Shown: positions 8,296-18,739, counted from the first letter of the stretch. The stretch is DNA of 64,000 nt from Candidatus Roizmanbacteria bacterium RIFCSPHIGHO2_12_FULL_37_23 (GCA_001788095.1 MFZX01000031.1:9736-73735); one strand, 5' to 3'. Notes: a model not told the origin generated them from the letters alone. Numbers and translations are program-made.

Positions 8296-10483
8296 AAGCA
8301 TCAAAAACGACATGCTCTTGTCCTGCATCAGATGTTCCTGTTTCCATCCCACCGAGAAACACTCGCAATGCATCTTTGATTCTCTTTATTTGTTGGAAGT
8401 CTGCAGGATAGGGATTCTCCCATTGAAAGACTCTTCCAAGTTCTTGAACTGACTTCCCTTGTACATATCGATAATAGAGATACCTTTGTTGGTGTGCATT
8501 AAGGCTTTCTAGAAATCTGGTGAATCTAGTTGGATCATCTTGCGCAAAAGTACCTAATTCGCGAACATTCCGAGTCGCTAATTCGCCTCTCAATATTTCA
8601 ATATTTCCCCTATTTTGACCGCGGAATTCTCTAATGGATCTTGGTCTCCTCCTGTTCCTTCTTTTCTTAACTTCTCTTGGTTTTTCAAATTTATCTAATT
8701 GCATAGAACCTTTTCCTAAATACCTCTCAAGATGGGCAATGGCCCGATGCTGACGTGCTTTTGCTGCTCCGTAAGATGTTCCCATTACCCGAGCTATTTG
8801 ATCAGATCGTAAACCTCGCCATAATCTATTCCACAATAATGTTCGTTGTTCTGGCTCCAGATCTTGGAGCATTGCTAAGAATAGAGCTGGATCTTCTAAT
8901 TTTTCGCGTACTGCTGGATTGTGTGTATGTTGAAGCAAGCTGAGTCGAATATGTTCAGCGAGTATATCAGGCGGTGGCTCTGCAAATTCCACCCGCTTAG
9001 TTTTTTGAGTTGGTTCTGGCACAATTACTTCAACGGATTGATATGTGTTATAAGCAGTAACAACGCTTTGTATCGAAGACTCACCTAATGGTGTTGTGAC
9101 ATAAATACCATCCGTTATACGCATGAGTAAAGGACTATCTCCTTGGGTAAGTCTCTTATTAAGAGTCTCTCGTAATGTTTCTAATTCTAAACCTAATCTT
9201 TGAGCTGCAGCCCTACCATGATCTCTAAAAACGAATTGTCCATATCGACTTAGATATTCATTTACCACGGTTAAAATTTCTAGTTGATACTGGGGATAAC
9301 CAACATCCGCTGCAACTGTATTATCGGGATAAGGTATGGTCATATCAGCTTCCCCAGTTAGCATATCATAGAAATCTTTTGTTGGAATCATGAGCCTATA
9401 ACCACCTCGAGTATCTTCATGGACTATGCCAATTTGCTTAGCTAAATCCATTGCTCTGATAATTTGTTCTTTTGAAAAACCAGTTCCTTGATACATGTCA
9501 CGAAGTGAAACAGCTCGAACAATGTTTCTCCGCTCTTTTTCATCAGTTCGCGCAGCCAGAAGGGTTAGGCGTGCAACCATCGACGGAGAGATTGATTTTT
9601 CAGTTCCATCCACTTGTTCAAATTGGATTGTCCCACTATACGGATTAATCACACGAGATTCAGATGCGACCTCTGTTTCTGGAGTGGTTCGAACAGTTCG
9701 TGCCAAAAGAACTGGGTGGATTGTGTATTCGGTAGTCTGACCTCTTAATATTCTTTCTGCAGCAATTCCATTTCTAATCCCGTATCCAAATGCTGTCTTT
9801 TGACGCACAATTCCAAGAAGCGGTTCTTCTCCATGCGTCGCTATTTTATGCAGTATTTCTCTTACATACTCTTCTCTAAAGGGAACTTCTATATCAAGAT
9901 CGGCCATATCGTGATGTGGTAAAAAGACTTGGTGACTTTGAATGTATCGTAATATCGATGCAACAAGATCACGATGATACTCATGGATTTTATCTTGCCA
10001 TAAATCGGGCTGAGGAGGTGGAACCTTTCTTATATTTGTTCTTGAAACAAGGAGTTCTTGGAGTGTTGGTATGGGTACCGTCGGGCGATAGCCTGATGAA
10101 TATGTTCCAGTTCTCTTTTTAACAACGCCAAGTGCAGTTAGCTTATCTAAAGCATGTCTAACTTCAAAATTTGTTTGCGCACCTTGTGTCATCTCAGAAA
10201 CACGTCTTGCAGTAATCCATGGGTCAACGCCCTGATCTGTAAGAGCCGTTGCAACTCCGGTAAACAAGGCTCCAATATATCGATCAGTTACGCGCAATTG
10301 ACGCTCTTCACCTGTAAATTCGGAGTTCGCGATAATGGTCTGGGGTCCATAAGGAACTACTATTGGAACATTAACATATGCATCTCCTGGCTCAGCGGAA
10401 TCGGGTCTTAAGACGAAAAGAGAAGGTGTAGCTTCCAAACCAGGCGGGACATCTATAGTGTCTACTAATTCAGCACGACCCAT
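8279..10483 (-). CDS. large (734 aa) Arg-rich hypothetical protein with several winged-helix-like segments and two sigma-70 region-4-like HTH motifs; unknown function
   Basis: SDQIARVMGTSYGAAKARQHRAIAHLERYL (sigma70_r4-like), GKSVQELGRVF..IKRIKDALRVFL, ALDKLTALGVVKKRTG; higher GC than flanking genes; convergent 17-bp overlap with ychF. Confidence 0.5.
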   Translation of the reverse strand: MGRAELVDTIDVPPGLEATPSLFVLRPDSAEPGDAYVNVPIVVPYGPQTIIANSEFTGEERQLRVTDRYIGALFTGVATALTDQGVDPWITARRVSEMTQGAQTNFEVRHALDKLTALGVVKKRTGTYSSGYRPTVPIPTLQELLVSRTNIRKVPPPQPDLWQDKIHEYHRDLVASILRYIQSHQVFLPHHDMADLDIEVPFREEYVREILHKIATHGEEPLLGIVRQKTAFGYGIRNGIAAERILRGQTTEYTIHPVLLARTVRTTPETEVASESRVINPYSGTIQFEQVDGTEKSISPSMVARLTLLAARTDEKERRNIVRAVSLRDMYQGTGFSKEQIIRAMDLAKQIGIVHEDTRGGYRLMIPTKDFYDMLTGEADMTIPYPDNTVAADVGYPQYQLEILTVVNEYLSRYGQFVFRDHGRAAAQRLGLELETLRETLNKRLTQGDSPLLMRITDGIYVTTPLGESSIQSVVTAYNTYQSVEVIVPEPTQKTKRVEFAEPPPDILAEHIRLSLLQHTHNPAVREKLEDPALFLAMLQDLEPEQRTLLWNRLWRGLRSDQIARVMGTSYGAAKARQHRAIAHLERYLGKGSMQLDKFEKPREVKKRRNRRRPRSIREFRGQNRGNIEILRGELATRNVRELGTFAQDDPTRFTRFLESLNAHQQRYLYYRYVQGKSVQELGRVFQWENPYPADFQQIKRIKDALRVFLGGMETGTSDAGQEHVVFDASTHQP

Positions 10484-10529
10484 TGTGGACTATTATATCA
10501 CACTACTTGTTTCATTAGCCTCAACCCTG

Positions 10530-10562
10530 CCTCAAATCCCACCTCGGGAGTGGGATTTGAGG
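10530..10562. repeat. R2 hairpin repeat: cctcaaatcccac-CTCGGGA-gtgggatttgagg (13-bp stem), downstream of the tatD stop
   Basis: Perfect palindrome. Copies also at 14283, 16901, 55680 and 57517. Confidence 0.6.
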
Positions 10563-10568
10563 CAAATA

Positions 10569-11444
10569 TTAATGAATATTAAAAAGTCTCAGTGCATTTT
10601 CTGTCGTTATTTTTACTAAATCTTCGATGCTCTCTCCTCGTAACTTCGCTACAAATTCAGCGATAATCGGAAGATTCACAGGTGTATTTGGGTATTGTTT
10701 TTGGGATCGTAAAGGTTCTGGTAGAAGAAATGGCGAGTCTGTTTCTAAGACAAGATGTTCTTGAGGGACCCGCATAATAAATTCCTGTTTTTTCCGTCCT
10801 GGAGGTGAATCATACGTTATATCTCCATCAACACCAATAAAAATATCATGGTTTTTAGCAAAACCTAATAATTCTTCCTCTGGTTCACAGCAATGAAAGA
10901 CTATTCTTCCTCTGAAATATTCCTCCCAATGCTCATTGAGAAGCCCCAGAAGATCATTTTTTGCTTCTCTATTATGTAGAATAACAGATTTTTTGTAATT
11001 CTTTGCAAGTTGTAATTGTTTAATTAAAAATTCTTTCTGAAGATTGAAAAACATTTCGTCAATGTGGTAGTTTTGATATTTAGTATCTTCATATACATGT
11101 TTATCAAGTCCAATCTCACCAACCGCTAAAACCTTCTTTTCCTGGAGAAAATTTTCAATAAATTGTAGTCGTGAAGTAAATTCAGTATGAGCTAAAAACA
11201 CATGATGCGGATGTATTCCCACCGCCGCAAAAACTGACTCATCGCGTGAAGCAATTTCCACAGCTTTCTGTGATGATTCCTCGTCTGTCCCCGGAACCAC
11301 AATGTACTTCACGCCTGACAGGTGTGATAGCCTCAACACATCATCAAGGGTTTTTGCAAAGCGTTTAAAATTGAGGTGCGCGTGGGTATCAAACATGGTT
11401 AAAATAGGTTGGAATAAGTTGTAATAAGTTACAACAGGTTGCAA
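10569..11444 (-). CDS. tatD: TatD-family metal-dependent DNase/hydrolase
   Basis: MFDTHAHLNF..VVPGTD..GEIGLD motifs of the TatD/amidohydrolase fold. Confidence 0.8.
   Translation of the reverse strand: MQPVVTYYNLFQPILTMFDTHAHLNFKRFAKTLDDVLRLSHLSGVKYIVVPGTDEESSQKAVEIASRDESVFAAVGIHPHHVFLAHTEFTSRLQFIENFLQEKKVLAVGEIGLDKHVYEDTKYQNYHIDEMFFNLQKEFLIKQLQLAKNYKKSVILHNREAKNDLLGLLNEHWEEYFRGRIVFHCCEPEEELLGFAKNHDIFIGVDGDITYDSPPGRKKQEFIMRVPQEHLVLETDSPFLLPEPLRSQKQYPNTPVNLPIIAEFVAKLRGESIEDLVKITTENALRLFNIH
11310..11346. repeat. R3 sequence (cacGcctgacaggtgtgatagcctcaacacatcatc) lying in-frame inside tatD (encodes DDVLRLSHLSGVK)
   Basis: About 34/40 identity to the intergenic hairpin at 18747-18795. Confidence 0.4.
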
Positions 11445-11485
11445 TAGGTTCCGATTTTAACTAATTGATTATAACTGATCGTAAT

Positions 11486-12412
11486 CTACGTTGCAGGATA
11501 ATCTACCACTTTTGGAGGGATATATGGAGCTTTTTTGATAAATGTATTCATAATTTGTGGTAAAAGACTAAAACCAATAATAAACATGACAACAGCGAGG
11601 AAATAACCAATAATCGAAAGTATTATCCATCCTTTAGGTCTCTCTATAACCTTTGGTATTTTCAACAAGGAATATATTTCATACATATAGCTTATGAGAA
11701 ATGGACCAAAGAAAATGGACAGTACAAAATTAATTGCATTGAGAACAGCGCTGTCGACTGAAGCAAGAGAAATAACAATTATATAAAACAACGCATATAT
11801 GAGAACCAACCGACCAGCAATTCCCCAAAATCTCTGATTAATAAGTGACCTACTTATCCATAGATTATCAAGTCCAATCTTTTGTTTCTCAATGAAAACA
11901 ATGACTGAAAAAGCATTCCAGAAAACCCAGAGAAAGAATATTAATCCAAGACTCATAATGCCAAATGGCACAAGTCCCAGAAGGAAAAGATTCAAAGCAA
12001 TATTAAACCACACAAATCCCCATACTCGAGGACGTGTTTTTTTATACGTATCAATAACACCAATATTTTCTTTTTGAATTATTATGGTTGTTAGCGTGAG
12101 TTGGGACCAAGAAACAAGATAAATGATGACGAGAGCCCCGTATATAATCCCAATAATTGCAAGAAACGCAATAATAATGGTCGATATTGTTGTTTTAAGA
12201 GTAAAAAGAACTGCTGCAAAAAGCCCGACAATGAGGAAAACGACGGCTATACCAACGAAAATAATAATATATTGGATTATTGCTGCGATAAGGAAACTTA
12301 GGAAGCGATCTTTGGTTCGTTGTAGAGCTTTTCGTATAAGATTTTCTATCTGCCAGGGGTTGTTGGTAGCCATACTAGATTTAGTATAAAAGAACTCTGT
12401 AAAGAATGTCAA
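11486..12412 (-). CDS. polytopic integral membrane protein, unknown function
   Basis: 308 aa, multiple hydrophobic helices. Confidence 0.45.
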   Translation of the reverse strand: MTFFTEFFYTKSSMATNNPWQIENLIRKALQRTKDRFLSFLIAAIIQYIIIFVGIAVVFLIVGLFAAVLFTLKTTISTIIIAFLAIIGIIYGALVIIYLVSWSQLTLTTIIIQKENIGVIDTYKKTRPRVWGFVWFNIALNLFLLGLVPFGIMSLGLIFFLWVFWNAFSVIVFIEKQKIGLDNLWISRSLINQRFWGIAGRLVLIYALFYIIVISLASVDSAVLNAINFVLSIFFGPFLISYMYEIYSLLKIPKVIERPKGWIILSIIGYFLAVVMFIIGFSLLPQIMNTFIKKAPYIPPKVVDYPAT

Positions 12413-12466
12413 TTATGTTTTCTAATGGTTTAGAATTCTGATAGAATGAGTTAGAATTACAATAAT

Positions 12467-13165
12467 ATGAAATGGAAAAGTAATATAACAAATCAGGTTC
12501 GATGGTCAGGTGATATCTCAAATAAAGAAAAAAAACAAGTAGTGGCTCAAAAAATTGCAGCACAGGTAAAAAACGGAGATATTATTGGAATAGGCTCAGG
12601 ATCAACCTCTTTCCTAGCACTCCAAGCTATAGGAGAACGGGTCCAAAAAGAAAATCTTTCGATAACTGCAATCACAACTTCATATGAGATGTTAATAACA
12701 TGCTCAGCACTCAATATTCCGACAACAACTCTTTTGCATGACCGACCAGATTGGTCTTTTGATGGTGCGGATGAAGTAGATCCAAACAATAACCTAATCA
12801 AAGGTCGCGGGGGTGCAATGTTTATTGAAAAAATTATGATTGTGAGCGCTCCAAAAACATTCATTCTTGTTGATGACACAAAGCTTGTTGAAAAGCTTGG
12901 AATAAAATTTCCTGTTCCTATTGAAATCTATCCTATGGCTATTAATGTTGTCGAAGAGAGACTTATGAAGATAGGAGCAAAAGAAATAGTGCTTAGACTT
13001 GCAAAGTCAAAAGATGGCCCAGTGATAACTGAAGGTGGAAATTTTATTCTTGATGTAAGATTTGAAAATATCGGAGATCAAACAGAGGTAGACATAAAGA
13101 AGATACCAGGAGTTATTGAATCAGGTCTATTTATAGGATATTCTGTAGAAGTCATCTCCACGTAG
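12467..13165 (+). CDS. rpiA: ribose-5-phosphate isomerase A
   Basis: GIGSGSTSFLALQAIGERV, DGADEVD..KGRGGA motifs. Confidence 0.8.
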   Translation: MKWKSNITNQVRWSGDISNKEKKQVVAQKIAAQVKNGDIIGIGSGSTSFLALQAIGERVQKENLSITAITTSYEMLITCSALNIPTTTLLHDRPDWSFDGADEVDPNNNLIKGRGGAMFIEKIMIVSAPKTFILVDDTKLVEKLGIKFPVPIEIYPMAINVVEERLMKIGAKEIVLRLAKSKDGPVITEGGNFILDVRFENIGDQTEVDIKKIPGVIESGLFIGYSVEVIST

Positions 13166-13170
13166 AATTA

Positions 13171-13196
13171 CCCAAGGTTGTTTAGATTCGTAACCT
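13171..13196 (+). repeat. R1 repeat, partial variant a, at the left edge of GC-rich island 1
   Basis: cccaaggttgtttagattcgtaacct. Confidence 0.4.
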
Positions 13197-14250
13197 GTTG
13201 CAGCTTTGATATGGTGTTGTCCGGGCAAGGAGCTTTTACGTCGTGAAGACGGTTTCCGCGAAGCGGTATAGCCACTTGCCCGAGACAAGCACCTTATGTA
13301 TCGGCTCGTGCCGAATTGTTGTGGAATCGCGATATCGCGCTAGGACAGCCGGCTGCCGCAGTGTACTTCCAGCTTCTTGAGGCTCCCTCCGCAGCCGTAG
13401 TGTGTCATGGTGTTCCAATCCACACCACTTGGGGGCACTGACTGGTGGCATCTGTTGCAGACGAAGTCTGCCACCACTTTGGCGCAACGATCGCCATCAT
13501 CCGGTCGGTCCACACTTCATTTCGTCGACCTCCTTTAGATCGCCGAACCGAAGGGTTGACTTGGATCCTCAGGCATCACACGCCTACCTGTTGTAATCCA
13601 AATCATGTCGTAGCTTCCGCACTCCGGACAAACCTTGAAGTGGTGCCGCCATACCTTTTGGCAATCTGGACACCGTATTATGAAGGGGCCTTGTCTGCTC
13701 CGGCCCTTTTGTTTCCTCCCTGGTCTTGGCATGAATACGAAGTCCTTTCTTTGGTTGGTTAGTCTCCTTTAAGAGACCAAGTCGTGATCGCAGAATACGG
13801 CTCTGCGCTCGCAGTGGCCTCCGCAGTCCGCATGGATGAGTGTGTCTACGACGAGATCTCCGTCATTGACATGCGCATAACACTTAGCGCATACCAGGGC
13901 GGGGATCCGCTGAAGACAAACACCCTGTTCGCGTTCTTGGTCACTCCTACGCTCACCGTGGATTGGACAATGCATGACCTGCTCCTTTCGCGTTTTCGCG
14001 ATGCTGACTCTTATGTCTACGGCGATACTCTGGCACAGTCTTTTGGTCGTGTCGTATGATGGATCTTCGTGTTGGTGAAACTTCAGTCTATTCTGAAGAG
14101 CATGTTCCAAACATCTGTATTTTCCACAGCATTCCATCGCAGATGGTATGCTGCTGTTTTTCTCTTGATTGATAGATTGTAGGCTTTAGTACAAACCTCC
14201 GCCTCTCTATCTCGATGTACGAACACATATAGAACCACGGGAACAAAAGA
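13197..14250. other. GC-rich island 1 (about 1.05 kb, clearly >50% GC): dense short GC hairpins, no convincing long CDS; candidate structured ncRNA or foreign-DNA remnant
   Basis: Abrupt composition shift. Many local palindromes (cgggcaag/cttgcccg, ccgcgaagcgg, cgcgatatcgcg, cagccggctg). Only short Cys-rich ORFs. Confidence 0.5.
13535..13732 (-). CDS. possible small zinc-ribbon protein (CPDC...CPEC)
   Basis: 65-aa ORF with two CxxC pairs. It lies inside the GC-rich island, so coding status is uncertain. Confidence 0.25.
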   Translation of the reverse strand: MPRPGRKQKGRSRQGPFIIRCPDCQKVWRHHFKVCPECGSYDMIWITTGRRVMPEDPSQPFGSAI

Positions 14251-14282
14251 TGAAAAGTTTATTAAAACTCCCGAAATTAGAC

Positions 14283-14313
14283 TCGAATCCCACTCCCGAG
14301 GTGGGATTTGAGG
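14283..14313. repeat. R2 hairpin repeat (opposite loop orientation) at the right edge of GC island 1
   Basis: ctcgaatcccac-TCCCGAG-gtgggatttgagg. Confidence 0.55.
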
Positions 14314-14548
14314 CAGAATTCATCCTCTATTTCCGTGACTCTATATAAATCTATCTTACGATTCCACAATGTGTTAAGGTGCTTTTTAAAAAATCCTATG
14401 AATCAATTATTCCCATGCGAAAAGGAAATAATGATTCAAAGAGTGAAACAATTATATTACTTGAGGCGAAGAATGTCAAAACTATGGGCTACAAAGTATA
14501 TACCAGTTGGAATGATTTATAATCAGTTATAATTTATTTTTAACAACG

Positions 14549-15250
14549 ATGCTTATCTACCCATCTATCCTTGAACCGACAGTTGACGACCTTTTTACCT
14601 ATCTTCAAACACTTTTTCCCGTCTTTAATCATTTCCAGATCGATATCGCAGATGGAAAGTTTGTACAAAGTAAAACCGTGCAGATAGAGGAAATAATAAA
14701 AAGTATTCAAAATTCAGACTTCAAAACCGAAAACAAAACATTTGAATTTCATCTTATGGTCAAAGATTATGAAAACGAGCTTAAGAAACTGGAGAAGCTT
14801 AAAGAGCGCGTGCGTATTCAACTGGTATTGATACATGTGGAAGCGCTTCAAAAGATACAAGCTATAAGCTCCAACTCGCAAATAACTCACAATCCGCAAT
14901 CTACAAATCACAGTTCGTTCGAACTCGGCCTTGCGCTCAACCCTGATACCTCAATTGAGTCCCACTGGCCGATCATACAACAACACACTACTGTCCAACT
15001 TATGACAGTCCATCCTGGACAACAAGGCTCCCCTTTTGTTCCTGAGGTTCTAGATAAAATCACTATTTTACGCGAAAAAGGTTTTAAAGGAGAAATTATT
15101 CTTGATGGTGCAATGAACGATAAAACGCTACCTATCATTCTTAGTAAGAAATATTGGCCAGACGCCATCTGTCCAGGAAGTTATTTTAAGCACAATCCAA
15201 AACAACAACTCGAGAAGTTGTCTAAAACAATCATTGACTATACAAGTTAA
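14549..15250 (+). CDS. rpe: ribulose-phosphate 3-epimerase-like (divergent)
   Basis: IYPSIL..VDDL, FQIDIADGKFV (compare HVDVMDGHFVPN), MTVHPGQQGSPF (compare M(S/T)VNPGFGGQKF), DGAMN. Confidence 0.5.
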   Translation: MLIYPSILEPTVDDLFTYLQTLFPVFNHFQIDIADGKFVQSKTVQIEEIIKSIQNSDFKTENKTFEFHLMVKDYENELKKLEKLKERVRIQLVLIHVEALQKIQAISSNSQITHNPQSTNHSSFELGLALNPDTSIESHWPIIQQHTTVQLMTVHPGQQGSPFVPEVLDKITILREKGFKGEIILDGAMNDKTLPIILSKKYWPDAICPGSYFKHNPKQQLEKLSKTIIDYTS

Positions 15251-16907
15251 GAATATCAGTTAAGCTAAACTGCCCATCCTGATTTTTATCAATTGGCCAC
15301 AGGGTATTCGCTTCCTCAATGTTTTCTCCCGGAGCAAAATGCATAAACCATTGTTGTGGCAAACTACCTTCTGCTATTAATACACACCGATACTCGTCAA
15401 CGAAGTTTACGCCTTCCACATGCTCAATTACTAATCTTCCAGCTTTAATCTGGCCGTTTTCGCGCGCTACGATTTGTTCGTTTTTATCAAAACACTGAAC
15501 CTCGGCGTTGGCTAATTCGACTTGGCCAGTAGGATAGCGTAAATCTGGAAACTCAAGAATTGGGGCTTGGTGAATACACGGTGTCCATTCAGCAAGCTCG
15601 AGAACAACTCGACCTTTTCGAGCTAATCCAAACCTTAATGTAGGACAACCCACCGTTCTCCCCGGATTCATGGTAAAAGTTGTCTTAAGCTCTTTTCCTG
15701 GCAAAACAATGTGGAAATCTGAAAAAGAATACTCAAATGACGGTCCAAGCAATACAAGCTCATATTCACCTCGGCGGATTGCATCGGTGCTTTTGTTTAT
15801 GAGAGAAATCTCTGTGGAAAAATCGAGGTTTTCAGCAAGATCGCGAACAAATGTGCCTGTTGTTGTTGCTCCAAAAGTAAATTCTGGCTCACCGACAATC
15901 TTTTGAGAAGAATATATAAATTCTCCTAATGGTGTCCGACTTTTATCTGAACAATTAACCATGGAGAAAGACGCAAAATTTCCATCACAGGCATTATATG
16001 TAAAAATATTGAACGATAATAACTTTTCGTCCTTTTCCCAAGCTGATATCGCTTTTTGTATATTTGCAAGTGTTTCTTCTCCAGTATCCCCACCTGTCTC
16101 AGTAACTATAACATTCATGCCAAGTGCATGATCGACACCAATTTGAAATAAATATTTCTTTTCAGCAATATAACTAGAGATAAGAGGACCGCCAAACATA
16201 TTATGGCCATTAAAATACGTATGAGTAGCAAGCGTTGAGACATTGTTAAAAATTGTTGGCTGGGCATTCAAAAGCTCTCGATAAAAAATCTTAGCATCGC
16301 AAAAAGTTGGAGGTCTATGCGGTGAGGCTTTATCAACTGGAGCTACCATAACTTCTGCATCTTTATCGACCTCAAGAATTTTTTGTTTCGTTATCTCAAA
16401 CCACTGTGCATATGCTGGAATATTACCTAAGCAATCTCCAGCGAGTTCATCACCCCTATTAAGTTCGTTTCCAAGTTGGTAATACCCATGCGATGGAGCA
16501 CGTGTGTTTTTGATAACATTTACGATGTATTCGGTTGTGCTCTCAGTTGGTAATTGCCAATTCCCACCATCATCGATATTCGTGGCAAAACGGATGATAT
16601 AAAGACACTTCTCTTCAAATGCAATATTGTATTCAGCTTGCAAATCCTCTGGTTTCATCTCTCCTTCTCGAATAACACGTACAAGACTTCCCCACTCTCC
16701 ACTATTTGCATTTACTGTTCTACATGCCTGACGAATTTCATCATGCGTCGGAGAGATAAGATGAGCGCCGTAAATATTCCGTGGTCGTCCTTGAGCCAAT
16801 ACATGTGGTGTTAAAAAAAGGGTACAAGCCATCAAAAACAGTAAAGCAATATATTTTCTCATATTACATATTATACATTGAGTATTGAGTATCGCTGACA
16901 TTCCCAC
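15231..16907 (-). CDS. secreted glycoside hydrolase, clan GH-A-like (GH5-type)
   Basis: Signal peptide. GNELN (acid/base NE) and VIVTETGG (nucleophile E) motifs spaced as in (beta/alpha)8 GH-A enzymes. Confidence 0.45.
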   Translation of the reverse strand: MGMSAILNTQCIICNMRKYIALLFLMACTLFLTPHVLAQGRPRNIYGAHLISPTHDEIRQACRTVNANSGEWGSLVRVIREGEMKPEDLQAEYNIAFEEKCLYIIRFATNIDDGGNWQLPTESTTEYIVNVIKNTRAPSHGYYQLGNELNRGDELAGDCLGNIPAYAQWFEITKQKILEVDKDAEVMVAPVDKASPHRPPTFCDAKIFYRELLNAQPTIFNNVSTLATHTYFNGHNMFGGPLISSYIAEKKYLFQIGVDHALGMNVIVTETGGDTGEETLANIQKAISAWEKDEKLLSFNIFTYNACDGNFASFSMVNCSDKSRTPLGEFIYSSQKIVGEPEFTFGATTTGTFVRDLAENLDFSTEISLINKSTDAIRRGEYELVLLGPSFEYSFSDFHIVLPGKELKTTFTMNPGRTVGCPTLRFGLARKGRVVLELAEWTPCIHQAPILEFPDLRYPTGQVELANAEVQCFDKNEQIVARENGQIKAGRLVIEHVEGVNFVDEYRCVLIAEGSLPQQWFMHFAPGENIEEANTLWPIDKNQDGQFSLTDILNLYSQ

Positions 16908-16927
16908 TCCCGAGGTGGGATTTGAGG
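16901..16927. repeat. R2 hairpin repeat in the divergent promoter region between the GH gene and PBP2
   Basis: ttcccac-TCCCGAG-gtgggatttgagg. Confidence 0.5.
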
Positions 16928-16961
16928 CTAAATTTTAAAAAGTTAATGTTTTTTTAATCTT

Positions 16962-16995
16962 TCTACGTTATCTCCCATGTTATTTCTACGTTATC
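16962..16995 (+). promoter_or_regulatory. two direct repeats TTTCTACGTTATC upstream of a TATAAT (17024-17029) preceding PBP2; candidate regulator binding sites
   Basis: Direct reading of the sequence. Confidence 0.25.
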
Positions 16996-17128
16996 CGTGC
17001 CTCTCGTTACGTTTCGTTGCGCTATAATTATACTCGTGATGAAATCACGACTTCCACCTTTTCATACTATTTCGGGCAACATTTCATTTAAAAAAGACAC
17101 AGTTCCCCAAGAAGGATCAAGGATCTAT

Positions 17129-18739
17129 ATGATTCCGCTTTTGTTAATTCTACTGATATCGATTCTTTTTGTACGTCTTTTCCAGCTTACTATCGTAAAA
17201 GGTGCATATTATCGTTTTGCTGCTGAAAATAATAGAATACGTGAAGTGTATAGCGAGGGCAATAGGGGTACAATCTACGATCGAAAGGGTTATGTTCTCG
17301 CATACTCGAAATCTGACACACAGGAAAAAAACGGGGTTGAAACGTTCAAACGTATGTATAACGATCAATCAGCGCTCGCGCATGTTATTGGTTATCGATC
17401 AATCGCCTCAGAAAAAGATATCAAAAATGATCTTTGCAAAGAGCCTTTGCGGCTCAATGATAAAGTTGGCGTCAAAGGAGTAGAAGCATTATATGAGTGT
17501 CATCTACGTGCTGAAAAAGGGAAAAAACTTGTGGAAGTTGACGCAGTAGGTAAGTATACAAAGACACTCTCAATGATTCCTCCTATTTCAGGAAAACCGA
17601 TCAAGTTAAGTATTGATGTAGAGCTACAGAACAAAGCGCTAGAGATTATTGAACAGAATCAGATTACAACGTCCGTTGAAGTGGATTTGAGAGATAAAAA
17701 TATCGCCATTATCGCGACACAACCTGATACCGGAGAGGTGCTTATGATGCTTTCTTATCCTACCTTTGATCCTGTGGCTTTTGAAGAGGGAAATAAAGAA
17801 TTAACACAACAATATTTCAAAGATAAACGCAAACCGCTTTTCAATAGAGTGTTACAAGGCACATATCCACCAGGTTCAATTTTTAAACCAATAGTTGCAG
17901 CTGGGGCTCTAGAAGAATCTGTTCTAGATCCTTCCGACATATATGTTGATGTTGGATTTATAGAAGCAGGGCCAATAAAATTCAATAATTGGTATTATCG
18001 TCAATACGGCCGTGTCGAGGGTGCAGTAGATATGGTTAGAGCACTTAAACGCTCAACAGATACATACTTTTATAAAGCTGGGGAAAAATTAACTGCAGAA
18101 AAAATCAAAGTGTGGGCAGAACGTTTTGGGCTAGGAAAACATACTGGAATCGAATTTGATGAAAAAACAGGTGTTGTTCCATCAGACTTCTGGAAGCGAG
18201 AAATTATCGGCGATAGATGGTTCTTGGGTGATACCTATAACTTATCGATCGGACAAGGGTATTTATTAACAACACCGCTCCAAATGAATCTCGCAACATC
18301 TGTTTTTGCAAACGGTGGTAATCTATGTAAACCCCAACTCTTAAAATTAACTGCAAAACACAATCAAGAACTTCTTGAAGATTCCCAACCTAAATGTACA
18401 TCGCTCAACCTCTCAAAAAAAACGCTTTCTACTATTCGTGAAGGAATGAAACAAGCCTGTGAATCTGGTGGAACTGGTTGGCCATTTTTCAATTTTGGTG
18501 TAAGCGATGATGGAGCAACATCGTCAGCCGATTTAAAGCGAATTCACGTCGGTTGTAAAACAGGCACCGCAGAAGCTCCGGGCGCAGATCTTCCCCACGC
18601 GTGGTTTACTATTTTCGCGCCATTTGATAAACCAGAGATTGCACTCACTGTCATGGTTGAAGAATCAGGTGAAGGATCAAATATTGCTGCACCAATCGCA
18701 AAAGAAATTTTGAAATTCTACTTCGAAAGAAGCGAATAG
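17129..18739 (+). CDS. penicillin-binding protein 2 / FtsI-type peptidoglycan D,D-transpeptidase
   Basis: N-terminal TM, dimerisation domain, transpeptidase motifs (STFK-like SIFKP, SxN, KTGT). ATG at 17129 has an upstream AAGGA. The track ORF starts upstream at 16997. Confidence 0.8.
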   Translation: MIPLLLILLISILFVRLFQLTIVKGAYYRFAAENNRIREVYSEGNRGTIYDRKGYVLAYSKSDTQEKNGVETFKRMYNDQSALAHVIGYRSIASEKDIKNDLCKEPLRLNDKVGVKGVEALYECHLRAEKGKKLVEVDAVGKYTKTLSMIPPISGKPIKLSIDVELQNKALEIIEQNQITTSVEVDLRDKNIAIIATQPDTGEVLMMLSYPTFDPVAFEEGNKELTQQYFKDKRKPLFNRVLQGTYPPGSIFKPIVAAGALEESVLDPSDIYVDVGFIEAGPIKFNNWYYRQYGRVEGAVDMVRALKRSTDTYFYKAGEKLTAEKIKVWAERFGLGKHTGIEFDEKTGVVPSDFWKREIIGDRWFLGDTYNLSIGQGYLLTTPLQMNLATSVFANGGNLCKPQLLKLTAKHNQELLEDSQPKCTSLNLSKKTLSTIREGMKQACESGGTGWPFFNFGVSDDGATSSADLKRIHVGCKTGTAEAPGADLPHAWFTIFAPFDKPEIALTVMVEESGEGSNIAAPIAKEILKFYFERSE

